This document shows positions 35,492-44,681 of a stretch of 64,000 nucleotides of DNA, one piece after another. The number at the start of each line of letters is the position of its first letter. The first letter of the stretch is position 1. Position numbers and translations under genes: made by a program. Source of the DNA: Clostridia bacterium. Lineage in GTDB: Bacteria > Bacillota > Clostridia > Oscillospirales > Acutalibacteraceae. The DNA lies in NCBI GenBank assembly GCA_017436915.1, contig JAFSCE010000014.1, positions 1,974-65,973 of the forward strand, written 5' to 3'. A model generated the notes under the pieces. It was given only the letters and a program-made list of their open reading frames with translations. It ran no database searches and had not been told where the DNA came from.

Positions 35492-37348
35492 ATGAAAAGA
35501 GTAGCAGAGAGATTTCAAGAAAAGAATTTCGATTTGGTGGTTGTCGGTGGCGGTATGTCCGGACTGTGCGCGGCACTCGAAGCGGCGCGCAACGGCGTGA
35601 ATGTAGCGCTTGTTCATGCAAGACCGGTACTCGGCGGTAACGCTTCCAGTGAAGTGAGAGTACATATTTCCGGTGCGGATCATAGTCTTGAGAAAGCCGA
35701 CTATGCCGAAAGCGGTATTTTGTACGAACTGATGCTGGAAAACAAGGCACGGAACGACAACTTCAGTTATTCTACTTGGGATTTGATTTTATTTGAAGCT
35801 GCTAAAAAGCAGGAAAATCTGACCGTTTACTATAACACAGTCATGTATGACTGTGAAACGGATGAGGATAAAATCACGGCCATTTTCTGCGTTCAGGAAA
35901 CCACGGAAATGCGCTATCGGTTTACGGCACCGCTGTTTGTTGATGCAACGGGAAACGGAACGCTTGGGTATTATGCGGGGGCTGAATTCAGACAGGGCAG
36001 CGAATCGAAAGCGCAAACGGGTGAGCTTGATGCGCCTGAAACTGAAAATAATGAGCGTATGGGAAATACCATTTTCTTCAGAGCGCGAAATATGGGGCAT
36101 CCGGTGAAATTTACACCGCCGTATTTTGCCAAAAAGTTTACCGAAGAAGATTTGCGCCACAGAATGCATTGCGCTACACACAAAGTGGACTATTCCGGTT
36201 GTTTGGATCCCGCCAAGAATGAGCAAACCGGTGGTGTTTCCAGCAGAGGAATCGAATACGGACATTTCTGGATCGAACTGATGGGCGATACCGACGACAT
36301 TATTACGGATTACGAAAACATCCGTGACGATTTGGTGGCGAGTCTTTACGGTGTGTGGGACCACGTGAAAAACGGCGGCGACCACGGCGCTGAAAACTAC
36401 GCCTTGGAATGGGTCGGCATGTTGCCCGGTACCCGTGAGTCAAGACGGCTTGTCGGCGATTATTTGCTGGATGAAACCGACATTTTGAACAACCGCATTT
36501 TCGACGATGCGGTATGCTACGGCGGTTGGAGTGTCGATTTGCACACAGCGCACGGTCTGCTCGACTTGCATCGTCATCCCTCAGGCGATTGCCGTTTTTT
36601 TGACGGTGTATACACCATTCCGTACCGTTCCTATTATTCCAAAAACATCAACAACCTGTTTATGGCAGGCCGAAATATCAGCGCCACGAAACTGGGAATG
36701 TGCAGTACCAGAATTATCGGTTGCTGTGCGATCGGCGGTCAGACCGTTGGTGCGGCAGCGGCTCTTTGCAAGAAATACAACTGCGCTCCGCGTGAACTGA
36801 TGCCGCATATTTCAGAACTTCAGCAACTGATTCTTAAAGATGACGGTTTCTTGCCCGGTTATAAAAATGAGGATATTAATGATTTGGCAAGGCAAGCAAC
36901 CTTTACGGCAACGTCGTGCAAGAACGGTTGCGAACCGCAAAACGTTGTCGACGGTATCTCGCGCCGTTTGGGTGACGATACGCATGCTTGGGTGTCTGAC
37001 GGTATTGGCAAAAATGGCGAGATCCTGACGATGGCCTTTGATTCGCCGATGGCAGTGCGCGAGTTGCGTCTGACCTTTGATTCCAACTTTAAGTATCCAA
37101 TCCGCGTGACGATGGCACCGAACCGCCAGAAACAACAACGTCCCGGTGTGCCCGAGGAGTTGGTGAAAGATTATACATTGCTCTTTAAAAACGGCGAAGA
37201 CATCGTTCGCACGATCGACGTGCGGGATAACCACCAACGGCATAACGTACATCGTTTTGAAGCGACGGTGTGTGATAAGGTTGAACTGCAAATCACAGCC
37301 ACCAATGGCGGTAAAGAGATTACAGTGTTTGAAGTAAGAGCGTACTGA
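35492..37348 (+). CDS. FAD-dependent oxidoreductase (FAD_oxidored/PF12831-like) with a C-terminal beta-sandwich (discoidin/CBM-like) domain
   Basis: N-terminal dinucleotide-binding motif FDLVVVGGGMSGLCAALEAARNG followed by GGNASSE. The C-terminal ~150 aa (NVVDGISRRLGDDTHAWVSD through ELRLTFDS) resemble the F5/8-type-C pattern. Confidence 0.7.
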   Translation: MKRVAERFQEKNFDLVVVGGGMSGLCAALEAARNGVNVALVHARPVLGGNASSEVRVHISGADHSLEKADYAESGILYELMLENKARNDNFSYSTWDLILFEAAKKQENLTVYYNTVMYDCETDEDKITAIFCVQETTEMRYRFTAPLFVDATGNGTLGYYAGAEFRQGSESKAQTGELDAPETENNERMGNTIFFRARNMGHPVKFTPPYFAKKFTEEDLRHRMHCATHKVDYSGCLDPAKNEQTGGVSSRGIEYGHFWIELMGDTDDIITDYENIRDDLVASLYGVWDHVKNGGDHGAENYALEWVGMLPGTRESRRLVGDYLLDETDILNNRIFDDAVCYGGWSVDLHTAHGLLDLHRHPSGDCRFFDGVYTIPYRSYYSKNINNLFMAGRNISATKLGMCSTRIIGCCAIGGQTVGAAAALCKKYNCAPRELMPHISELQQLILKDDGFLPGYKNEDINDLARQATFTATSCKNGCEPQNVVDGISRRLGDDTHAWVSDGIGKNGEILTMAFDSPMAVRELRLTFDSNFKYPIRVTMAPNRQKQQRPGVPEELVKDYTLLFKNGEDIVRTIDVRDNHQRHNVHRFEATVCDKVELQITATNGGKEITVFEVRAY

Positions 37349-37353
37349 TATCG

Positions 37354-38133
37354 TCAGGTTTCATAGCTGTCGATATATCTTGTGGGCGATACACCCACCA
37401 TCTTTTTGAACATATTGGAAAAGTAATATACGTTATCAAAGCCGCACTTCAACGCTATTTCGGAGACGCTGTATGTGGTCCCGATTAAAAGCTTTTTAGC
37501 TTTTTTCATACGTTCGCTTAAAATGAATTGTCCGATCGACATTTCAAATTCGCGACGGAATTTGAAGTTCAGTGTTGATGCATTGGTGTTAACGGCATGG
37601 CAAATGTCGCCGATAAGGAGTTTCTTGTCAAGGTTTTGCCGTATGTATTCCGTTGCATCGGAAACAAGGCGATCCGTGCAAAGTTTCTCCTCTAATACGA
37701 GGTAAGGGGCGTTGTGTTCGTAAAAAAGCTGGAATAAAATATCCATAAGCAAGTGTTCGCGATATCCTGCCGATAATCTGTCGTCGTGGTCGATGTATTT
37801 TTCTATTGCATCGATGCTTGACAAAAATCGTTCTTTATCCTTAACGGAAACCTTGCCGAACGGTATATCGAACGAATACGGACAACTGAAATCGCGACAA
37901 AACATCACGTAAACGAATTCGATGGGATTTAGTACGGCGCGGCGGAAATATAGATTGTCGGGGAGCAGGACACAATCTCCCGCGTGCAATTGCTGTGTCA
38001 ATCCGTTAATTTCCATTACGAAATCGCCTTTTTTCAGATAAAAAAGCGCGTAAGTAGGCTGATAGCCGTCGGATTGCACGAATTGTTTTCGGCTTGATAT
38101 CTTGGATTCTATAATTTTATAAGGAAATATCAT
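37354..38133 (-). CDS. AraC-family transcriptional regulator
   Basis: N-terminal cupin-like sensor domain. The C-terminus carries dual HTH motifs (LLIGDICHAVNTNASTLNFKFRREF and SVSEIALKCGFDNVYYFSNMFKK). Confidence 0.85.
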   Translation of the reverse strand: MIFPYKIIESKISSRKQFVQSDGYQPTYALFYLKKGDFVMEINGLTQQLHAGDCVLLPDNLYFRRAVLNPIEFVYVMFCRDFSCPYSFDIPFGKVSVKDKERFLSSIDAIEKYIDHDDRLSAGYREHLLMDILFQLFYEHNAPYLVLEEKLCTDRLVSDATEYIRQNLDKKLLIGDICHAVNTNASTLNFKFRREFEMSIGQFILSERMKKAKKLLIGTTYSVSEIALKCGFDNVYYFSNMFKKMVGVSPTRYIDSYET

Positions 38134-38243
38134 AGTTTTTCTCCTGTTTATTGTTGTATTTTATAAATTTGATTTTAGCATATTGTATTGTTAAGGTCAA
38201 TGAAAACAGTATAATTGGAGTATAAATCGAAAGGGGAATAACT

Positions 38244-39590
38244 ATGAATCGTGTAACTTTAGATGTTCAAAGAGAATACGAATGTGATGTTCTTGTCTGC
38301 GGCGGAGGCGTGAGCGGGTTTGCAGCAGCCGTTTCTGCGGCGAGAAACGGTGCAAAAACTATCCTTATCGAGTCCGGCGGGTTTCTTGGCGGAACTGCAA
38401 CGAAGGGGCTGGTAGCGCCGTTTATGACGTGCTACGATGCAGAGGGCAAAGAACGGATCATTAAGGGCTTGTATTTAGAACTTGAAAAACGCTTGCTTGA
38501 GTTAAATGGTGCCGTTTCGGCAGACCAATGTTTGGGCTCGAACAGTTACAATGGTTATCGTCCGATGGGGCATAAGGGTGTTATGCCGTTCGACGGAGAA
38601 ATCATTAAAATCGTTTTTGAACAGATGTGTTTGGAAGCAGGGGTACATCTGTTGTATCACACTACGTTAATCGGTTGTGAAACGCAGGGGAAGAACGTTT
38701 CCGTTGTGTATGCTTGCGACAGCAACGATATTATTTCAATCAAGGCAAAAATGTTTATCGATACCACGGGTACCTCGGCACTTGCCTATAAGGCGGGCGC
38801 GGAAACGATGCGCGGTAACGAAGACGGTATTTTGCAAACAACGTCGATGTTCTTTACAATTTCGGGTGTGGACAAAGCGTATGTGGATGCCCATATGGAA
38901 AGAATGACGGAAAGACGCGAAAGATTTTATATGGATGCTATCGAACAAGGGAAGAAGGATGGTACTTTCCCTTGCGGAACGCCCACCATACGAATGTTTG
39001 AAAACCCCAACGGAACGTATAGTGTGAATATGGCGCAAATCGATGAGCAGGTCAATGAACTTGATAATGAAGTCATTACGCAGTGTGAGATAAGTCAGCG
39101 CTTACAGATTCAGCAGATAATCAAATTTATGCGTAACAATATCCCCGGCCTTGAAAACGTGGAACTGGTAGCGACTGCTTCGGATCTTGGCGTCAGAGAG
39201 AGTCGCCGTATGGTCGGTAAAACGATTTTCTGTTTGGAGGATATTCAACAATCCAAAAAATTTGATGATCGCATTGCGGTTTGCGCCAATTCCATCGATA
39301 TCCATCAAAAGGATAGAGTGAACTACACAACCCACACGGGAAGCAACTACTACATTCCGCTTTCGTGTTTGATTTCGAACAATATAGACAACTTGCTTAC
39401 CGCCGGTAAAAGCCTTTCTGCCGACAGATACGCTTTCGCCGCCGTTCGCGTGATGCCGCCTTGCATTGCTATGGGCGAGGCTGTCGGCATCACGGCTGCT
39501 CTTGCGGCAAAGAAAAACATTGCGGCAGCAGATGTTCCTTGCAAAGAGGTTCAGGATATACTTGTTGCAAACGGGGCATATCTGGGATAA
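38244..39590 (+). CDS. FAD-dependent oxidoreductase (FAD_oxidored/PF12831-like)
   Basis: Carries CDVLVCGGGVSGFAAAVSAARNG followed by GGTATKG. Confidence 0.7.
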   Translation: MNRVTLDVQREYECDVLVCGGGVSGFAAAVSAARNGAKTILIESGGFLGGTATKGLVAPFMTCYDAEGKERIIKGLYLELEKRLLELNGAVSADQCLGSNSYNGYRPMGHKGVMPFDGEIIKIVFEQMCLEAGVHLLYHTTLIGCETQGKNVSVVYACDSNDIISIKAKMFIDTTGTSALAYKAGAETMRGNEDGILQTTSMFFTISGVDKAYVDAHMERMTERRERFYMDAIEQGKKDGTFPCGTPTIRMFENPNGTYSVNMAQIDEQVNELDNEVITQCEISQRLQIQQIIKFMRNNIPGLENVELVATASDLGVRESRRMVGKTIFCLEDIQQSKKFDDRIAVCANSIDIHQKDRVNYTTHTGSNYYIPLSCLISNNIDNLLTAGKSLSADRYAFAAVRVMPPCIAMGEAVGITAALAAKKNIAAADVPCKEVQDILVANGAYLG

Positions 39591-39664
39591 GCTGAGATAC
39601 ACAGAGGAACAAGGTTGTGCAGTTTCTGAAAACCTTATTACCAATAAACTATGGAGGGAATTCA

Positions 39665-40981
39665 ATGAACTTGGAGTTTAATCCTAATGAAATTTGTGCC
39701 TGTGGAAAGGTACATAAAACGGATGTTGAAAACTGCGTGATCGAAGAGGGTGCGGTTAATCGCATTCCGGAGTATGCCGCAAAATTCAATGCGAAAAAGG
39801 CGTTTATCGTGGCCGATGTCAATACGTTCCCTCTCGCGGGCGAGAAGATTGAGAATATGCTAAAGGAAAACGGCATAGGCTCAGCCCACTATATCTATCA
39901 GCAAAAACGGCTGGAACCTGACGAGCACGCTATGGGATCTCTTGTGATGCATTTTGATGCCGCGTGTGATTTGATTATCGGTATTGGCTCCGGTGTCATT
40001 AACGATATCTGCAAAGTGTTTGCTTATCAAACCAAACGTCCGTATATTATTGTTGCCTCGGCAGCGTATATGGACGGTTATGCTGCCAGAACGTCAACCA
40101 TGCCTGTTGACAGGATAAAAACTACCATTTCCGCCAAAAGTCCCGATGTTATTATTGGTGATCTGGATATTTTAACAGGAGCACCGAAACATATGGCAGC
40201 GGCAGGCCTTGGCGATATGCTGGCAAAGTATATCAGCATTTGCGAATGGCGATTGTCACATCTTATCAACGGTGAATATTACTGCGAGCGTGTTGCGGAA
40301 TTCACCAGACAATCCCGTGATGCGTGTGTTCAAAACGCCGAAGGGTTGATGAAACAGGATAAAAGCAGTATGAAGAAACTGTTTGAAGGGTTAATCAACT
40401 GCGGTAAAGCGATAGACTATTCGGGCGTTTCCAGACCGGGCGGCGGCGATGAACACTATTTTTGCCAAATGTTAGATATGCGTGGCTTGGAATTCGGCAC
40501 TCCCACCGCTTCGCACGGTGTTCAGTGCGCGCTTGGCACGTTGTACGCGATCAAATGCTATCAAGCGTTAAAGCACATTACACCCGACCGCGAGAAAGCG
40601 ATCAAGTACGCGGAAAGCTTTGATTTTGAAGACTGGAGTCGACAACTGCGTGAATTTTTAGGAAAAGGTGCAGAGCCGATGATCGCACTTGAAGCAAAAG
40701 AGCAAAAATACAGTGCCGAAAAGCACAAAATCAGACTCAACGTTATTCTTGAAAATTGGGATACGATCCTGAAGATCATTGATGAAGAACTACCGTCTGT
40801 TGATGAGTTTGAAAGCATTTTGAAGGTTATTGGGTTGCCGACAAGCATAGAGGAAATTGGGGTGGAGAAAGAACTCTTGCCCATGATTATCAAGTCTACC
40901 AAGGATATACGCGATAAATACGTTTTGCCGAGACTTTTGTGGGATTTGGGTGTTCTCGAAGAAGTTTGTTCAAGTTTATAA
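39665..40981 (+). CDS. Iron-containing ADH / dehydroquinate-synthase-like superfamily protein; glycerol-1-phosphate dehydrogenase (AraM/EgsA)-like
   Basis: Carries GIGSGVINDICK and a Gly-rich Rossmann-like segment, with a His-rich metal site region (HGVQCALG). The ATG at 39665 follows GGAGGG. Confidence 0.65.
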   Translation: MNLEFNPNEICACGKVHKTDVENCVIEEGAVNRIPEYAAKFNAKKAFIVADVNTFPLAGEKIENMLKENGIGSAHYIYQQKRLEPDEHAMGSLVMHFDAACDLIIGIGSGVINDICKVFAYQTKRPYIIVASAAYMDGYAARTSTMPVDRIKTTISAKSPDVIIGDLDILTGAPKHMAAAGLGDMLAKYISICEWRLSHLINGEYYCERVAEFTRQSRDACVQNAEGLMKQDKSSMKKLFEGLINCGKAIDYSGVSRPGGGDEHYFCQMLDMRGLEFGTPTASHGVQCALGTLYAIKCYQALKHITPDREKAIKYAESFDFEDWSRQLREFLGKGAEPMIALEAKEQKYSAEKHKIRLNVILENWDTILKIIDEELPSVDEFESILKVIGLPTSIEEIGVEKELLPMIIKSTKDIRDKYVLPRLLWDLGVLEEVCSSL

Positions 40982-41048
40982 CCATCCATCAAACGTATTT
41001 CATTTGATAAAAGATCGTGCTATAATTTTGAAAGAGGGAAGTGTTTGT

Positions 41049-41930
41049 ATGCGCATCGGTATCAATTCAGCCGTCTCAAGTGTATCGGGATATTGCAGAG
41101 GTTACGTAAAACATTTTGGTGAGGATACCTATAAAAAGATGAAGGAATTTGGTTTTTCCTGCGTCGACAATGGTGTTTTAACGGTAGATCCTGCCTTTTA
41201 CAAAGCAGATGCCGAAACACAACAGCGTCTGCTTTTGCGTGAAAAAGCATTGGCGGATGAGGCGGGTATTTGCATTCATCAAGAACATGGTCCCATTCTG
41301 TCTTCAGCTCACGCGGTTCCCGAGGAAGAAATTGCCGAGTTTTTGGAAAAAATGAAAGTAGCCATCGAGTCGTGCACGATACTTGGATGCGAATACTTGG
41401 TTCTACATCCGTTGATGGTAAACGGTTGGAGTGACAGAGGAACTGTCATCGCCAAAGATACCATTGAAAAAAATATCAATCACCTGCGGACGCTCGGTGA
41501 CTATGCAAAACAGTATGGAATCACGCTTTGCCTTGAAAATCTGCCGTGTGTCGGTTTTTGTATCAGCACACCGGAAGACGTTTTGTCGGTAGTAAAAGCG
41601 GTAGATCATGATAACGTCAAGATTTGTATCGATACGGGACACATTACGGCATTTTCTTCGCAGTTAAAAGTTGGTAAGGAAATCAGAAAATGCGGTGATT
41701 TGATTAAAGTGCTTCACGTGCACGATAATCATGGCCGTGCCGATCAGCATAATTTCCCCGGCATGGGCATGATCGACTGGACGGACGTCATGGCTGCGTT
41801 GCGCGAAATTGGCTTTGACGGTGTTTTCTCGTTGGAAGTCGTTCATCCTGACAGATTCTCAAAACCGATTTTTGAACATGCCTGCCGTCTTTCCTTTGAG
41901 ATGGCAAACGAAATTGCCAACGGAGTATAA
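41049..41930 (+). CDS. Sugar phosphate isomerase/epimerase-family TIM-barrel protein (xylose isomerase-like fold)
   Basis: About 293 aa. Carries LVLHP, LCLENLP, IDTGH and HVHDNHG, the metal-ligand pattern typical of the AP-endonuclease-2/xylose isomerase-like family. Confidence 0.8.
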   Translation: MRIGINSAVSSVSGYCRGYVKHFGEDTYKKMKEFGFSCVDNGVLTVDPAFYKADAETQQRLLLREKALADEAGICIHQEHGPILSSAHAVPEEEIAEFLEKMKVAIESCTILGCEYLVLHPLMVNGWSDRGTVIAKDTIEKNINHLRTLGDYAKQYGITLCLENLPCVGFCISTPEDVLSVVKAVDHDNVKICIDTGHITAFSSQLKVGKEIRKCGDLIKVLHVHDNHGRADQHNFPGMGMIDWTDVMAALREIGFDGVFSLEVVHPDRFSKPIFEHACRLSFEMANEIANGV

Positions 41931-42115
41931 AGATAATTGCTGCGGGCGACCTTATGTTCTTGAATGCGAACGTGAAGGTAATAAACGGTTGATAAAAAAG
42001 CACATGTGCAGGCATGTGCTTTTTTCGTTTTATATTGCAAAGGCGATGGAATTATGCTTTAATAATAACAAGTGCAGATTGTACACTCAACAAATCTCTC
42101 TTGGGAGGAAACATC

Positions 42116-43699
42116 ATGAAAAACGTATTGAAACTTGAAGAACTTTCCGTAGAACAAAAGCTCGGTTTGGCCACCATTTCGTTTAACTGGAAAGCTTCGA
42201 TCAAGCCGGAGAACATGGAGTATTTGGCAGAACTCGTCAAAAACCGCATGCTCGGTGGCGTGTGGATGACGCCGCTTCACGGTGAGAACGCGCCTTACAT
42301 CAAGCGGTTAAAAGAGTTGGCGGATTATCCGCTCTTGGTATTTACCGATGCAGAGAGAGGTCTTGGCGAGTATTCCATCGGTGGACACAATACGATCGGC
42401 GTGACCGACAACGAAGAGTTGGCTTACACGTTTGGCAAAATTACGGCGGCACGAGCAGCGGCAATGGAGTACAACGTGGTGTGTAACCCCATTCTGGATA
42501 TGAGCAACGAAAACTGCATAGCCGGTGGTACCATGCGTGGGTATGGAGCAGACAAAGATCGAGTAACTGCACTTGCCGCCGCGGAAGCGCAGGGTATGCA
42601 CGATGGCGGTTGTCTGACGATTGGCAAACATTACCCCGGAAGAAGCCAAGGCAGCAACATCTCGCGCATTGATTCACATATGGGAGGAATCACCTCATCT
42701 GCCACTAAAGAGGATTTATTGGATTACGCCCTGTATCCGTATATGGAACTGGATAAAAAAGGGTTGCTGGACGGCGTAATGCTGGGACACACCACTTTTG
42801 TTAACATTGATCCCGATTATCCTGTCAGTCTTTCCAAACACGGCATTCAAATTCTGCGTGATCAGGGCTTTGAGGGGCTTGCCATAACCGATTCGTTGAC
42901 CATGATGGCCGTTGTTGCAAAATACGGTCACAAGAACAGTGTTGGGTATTGCGTTGGAAATGCAAATGCGATGGCACTTCCGTGGCAAGAAGATCACTCC
43001 AAAGTGATTCAGTGGATGCGTGAGTGCTATGACGAGGGTATTATCACGGATGAGGCGTTGGATGAGACGGTCAAGCGTGTGATTGCCATGCAAGAAAAAG
43101 TGTTGTCGTTGCCGACAGGTGTAAAACCCACCGAGGAAGAGTTCAATAAGTTCCACCGTCTTAACACGGATTCGGTGTGCGCATTGGTTGATGACGGCTT
43201 GACGACCACACTTGATAAAAACGGCAAGTATTATTTTGCAATACTGACCGAGGCCGGCAAACATGAAAACGTCAGCGTGGTGACCTTTAAAGATCAGTGG
43301 TATAACCCGGTAGCCATTCAAGAACGCCTGGAAAAGGAGTTTCCGAATGCCAAGGCGGGGCTTCTCAGTGAGTTCCCGTCTTCCGGTGAGATTCAGGCGT
43401 TTTTGGAAGACTCGCTCGACCGTGAAACCGTGTTTGTGACGTTTTGCATGACGCAAGCGTATGTAGGTGTAGAAAAATTCACACCGCGCATCACCTCGTT
43501 GATAGACGCGATGCAAACATCAAATCGCGTTTCAACGGTGGTGCATTTTGGCAATCCGTTCCTGCTCGAAGATTTACCGCATATTCCGCGTATACTTGTG
43601 GGTACAATCTCGACAAAGGGCGTGGATGCCACACTTGACGTGCTGACAGGCAAGTATCCTGCCAAGGGCGTTATGACCTATGATGTAAATTTGAAATAA
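42116..43699 (+). CDS. Glycoside hydrolase family 3 protein (NagZ/beta-glucosidase-like N-terminal domain)
   Basis: Carries GKHYPG and a putative nucleophile region, AITDSLTMMAV. The ATG at 42116 follows GGGAGGAAA. No signal peptide was noticed. Confidence 0.75.
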   Translation: MKNVLKLEELSVEQKLGLATISFNWKASIKPENMEYLAELVKNRMLGGVWMTPLHGENAPYIKRLKELADYPLLVFTDAERGLGEYSIGGHNTIGVTDNEELAYTFGKITAARAAAMEYNVVCNPILDMSNENCIAGGTMRGYGADKDRVTALAAAEAQGMHDGGCLTIGKHYPGRSQGSNISRIDSHMGGITSSATKEDLLDYALYPYMELDKKGLLDGVMLGHTTFVNIDPDYPVSLSKHGIQILRDQGFEGLAITDSLTMMAVVAKYGHKNSVGYCVGNANAMALPWQEDHSKVIQWMRECYDEGIITDEALDETVKRVIAMQEKVLSLPTGVKPTEEEFNKFHRLNTDSVCALVDDGLTTTLDKNGKYYFAILTEAGKHENVSVVTFKDQWYNPVAIQERLEKEFPNAKAGLLSEFPSSGEIQAFLEDSLDRETVFVTFCMTQAYVGVEKFTPRITSLIDAMQTSNRVSTVVHFGNPFLLEDLPHIPRILVGTISTKGVDATLDVLTGKYPAKGVMTYDVNLK

Positions 43700-43710
43700 T
43701 CAAATAAAGA

Positions 43711-43744
43711 CAAGCGGCAGTGAGCAAATGCTCACTGCCGCTTG
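43711..43744. terminator. Bidirectional hairpin between GH3 and EamA; its arms match the hairpin at 44645-44677
   Basis: CAAGCGGCAGTGAGC, an AAAT loop, then GCTCACTGCCGCTTG. Confidence 0.6.
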
Positions 43745-44622
43745 CTATTGTTAGGATTGTGTTCCAGTACGATCAAACCGATTGCCACCAAGACAATACC
43801 GAGGATGCCGAGCGGACCCATATATTCCGCAAAGACAAGAGTGCCGATCACGGCGGCAACGACGGGTTCAGCAATGCATAGCACCGCTGCTTTTCCGGCG
43901 GCGGTCTTAGACAATCCGTAGGTGTAGAGCATATACGGAAGAACCGTTTCGAATACGGCGATACTCAATGACCACAGCGTGTTGGCGGGGGTTGCCATCA
44001 ATGTGAGAAGCGAGGGAAGATTACACAGTGGCAAAACACCGAATACGGCGAACAAAAAGGTGTAAAAGGTGATGGTCATCGTGTGATAGCGTTTGGCGGC
44101 GAGCTTGCCGAAGATGCTGTACAGCGCATAGCCAAAGCCGGACAACAAACCAAATATCAGCCCGAGTTTGGTGAGGGTGAGTGTCGGGGAAACGGATACA
44201 AAAACACAGCCCGCAAACGCGATCGCCAGAGCAAGAACGCGTCTGACGGTGAACCTTTCCTTGAAGATCGGCACGGACAAAAACAGCACCCAGAACGGCG
44301 AGGTGTACATTAGAATGCAAGCGACCGATACGGAGTTTTCGACAAGGGAGTTCATATAGCAGATGTTAAAAAACAAAAAACTGCAGATCCCTGAGCCGAG
44401 AAACAGCCACAGATCGCGCAGGCGAACGCGAAACAGCTTCGGATCCTTGACGAGAAGGATGATCGCTAAAATCAGCGCGGTGAAAAGCGCGCGCACGGCG
44501 ACCATTTGTGTGGAAGTGAAGCCACGTGTGGCCATATTGCGTGAGAAAAGACTGATACAGCCCCACAGTACTGCGGCAAGAAGAATGGCCGCTTCGCCGA
44601 GATGTGCCTTGATACGGTTCAT
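43732..44622 (-). CDS. EamA/DMT-superfamily transporter
   Basis: About 10 TM helices with duplicated EamA domains. I prefer the ATG at 44622 (MNRIKAHLGEAAILLAAVLWG) because the longer track ORF begins inside the upstream hairpin. Confidence 0.8.
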   Translation of the reverse strand: MNRIKAHLGEAAILLAAVLWGCISLFSRNMATRGFTSTQMVAVRALFTALILAIILLVKDPKLFRVRLRDLWLFLGSGICSFLFFNICYMNSLVENSVSVACILMYTSPFWVLFLSVPIFKERFTVRRVLALAIAFAGCVFVSVSPTLTLTKLGLIFGLLSGFGYALYSIFGKLAAKRYHTMTITFYTFLFAVFGVLPLCNLPSLLTLMATPANTLWSLSIAVFETVLPYMLYTYGLSKTAAGKAAVLCIAEPVVAAVIGTLVFAEYMGPLGILGIVLVAIGLIVLEHNPNNSKRQ

Positions 44623-44644
44623 AACAAACGTCCTTTGGAATGTG

Positions 44645-44677
44645 AAGCGGCAGTGAGCCAAAACTCACTGCCGCTTT
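44645..44677 (-). terminator. rpoC terminator hairpin
   Basis: AAGCGGCAGTGAG, a CCAAAA loop, then CTCACTGCCGCTT. It lies 4 nt downstream of the rpoC stop. Confidence 0.6.
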
Positions 44678-44681
44678 AAGT

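Noticed and set aside
29197-43744. Searched by eye for an att-type direct repeat of the tRNA-Leu 3' end (GGTTCGAGTCCGGCCACCGGCA), and for integrase, transposase or recombinase genes delimiting the island.
   Set aside because: No second copy of the tRNA 3' segment and no mobility gene was seen. I therefore do not call a mobile_element feature; only a compositional island is reported as a finding.
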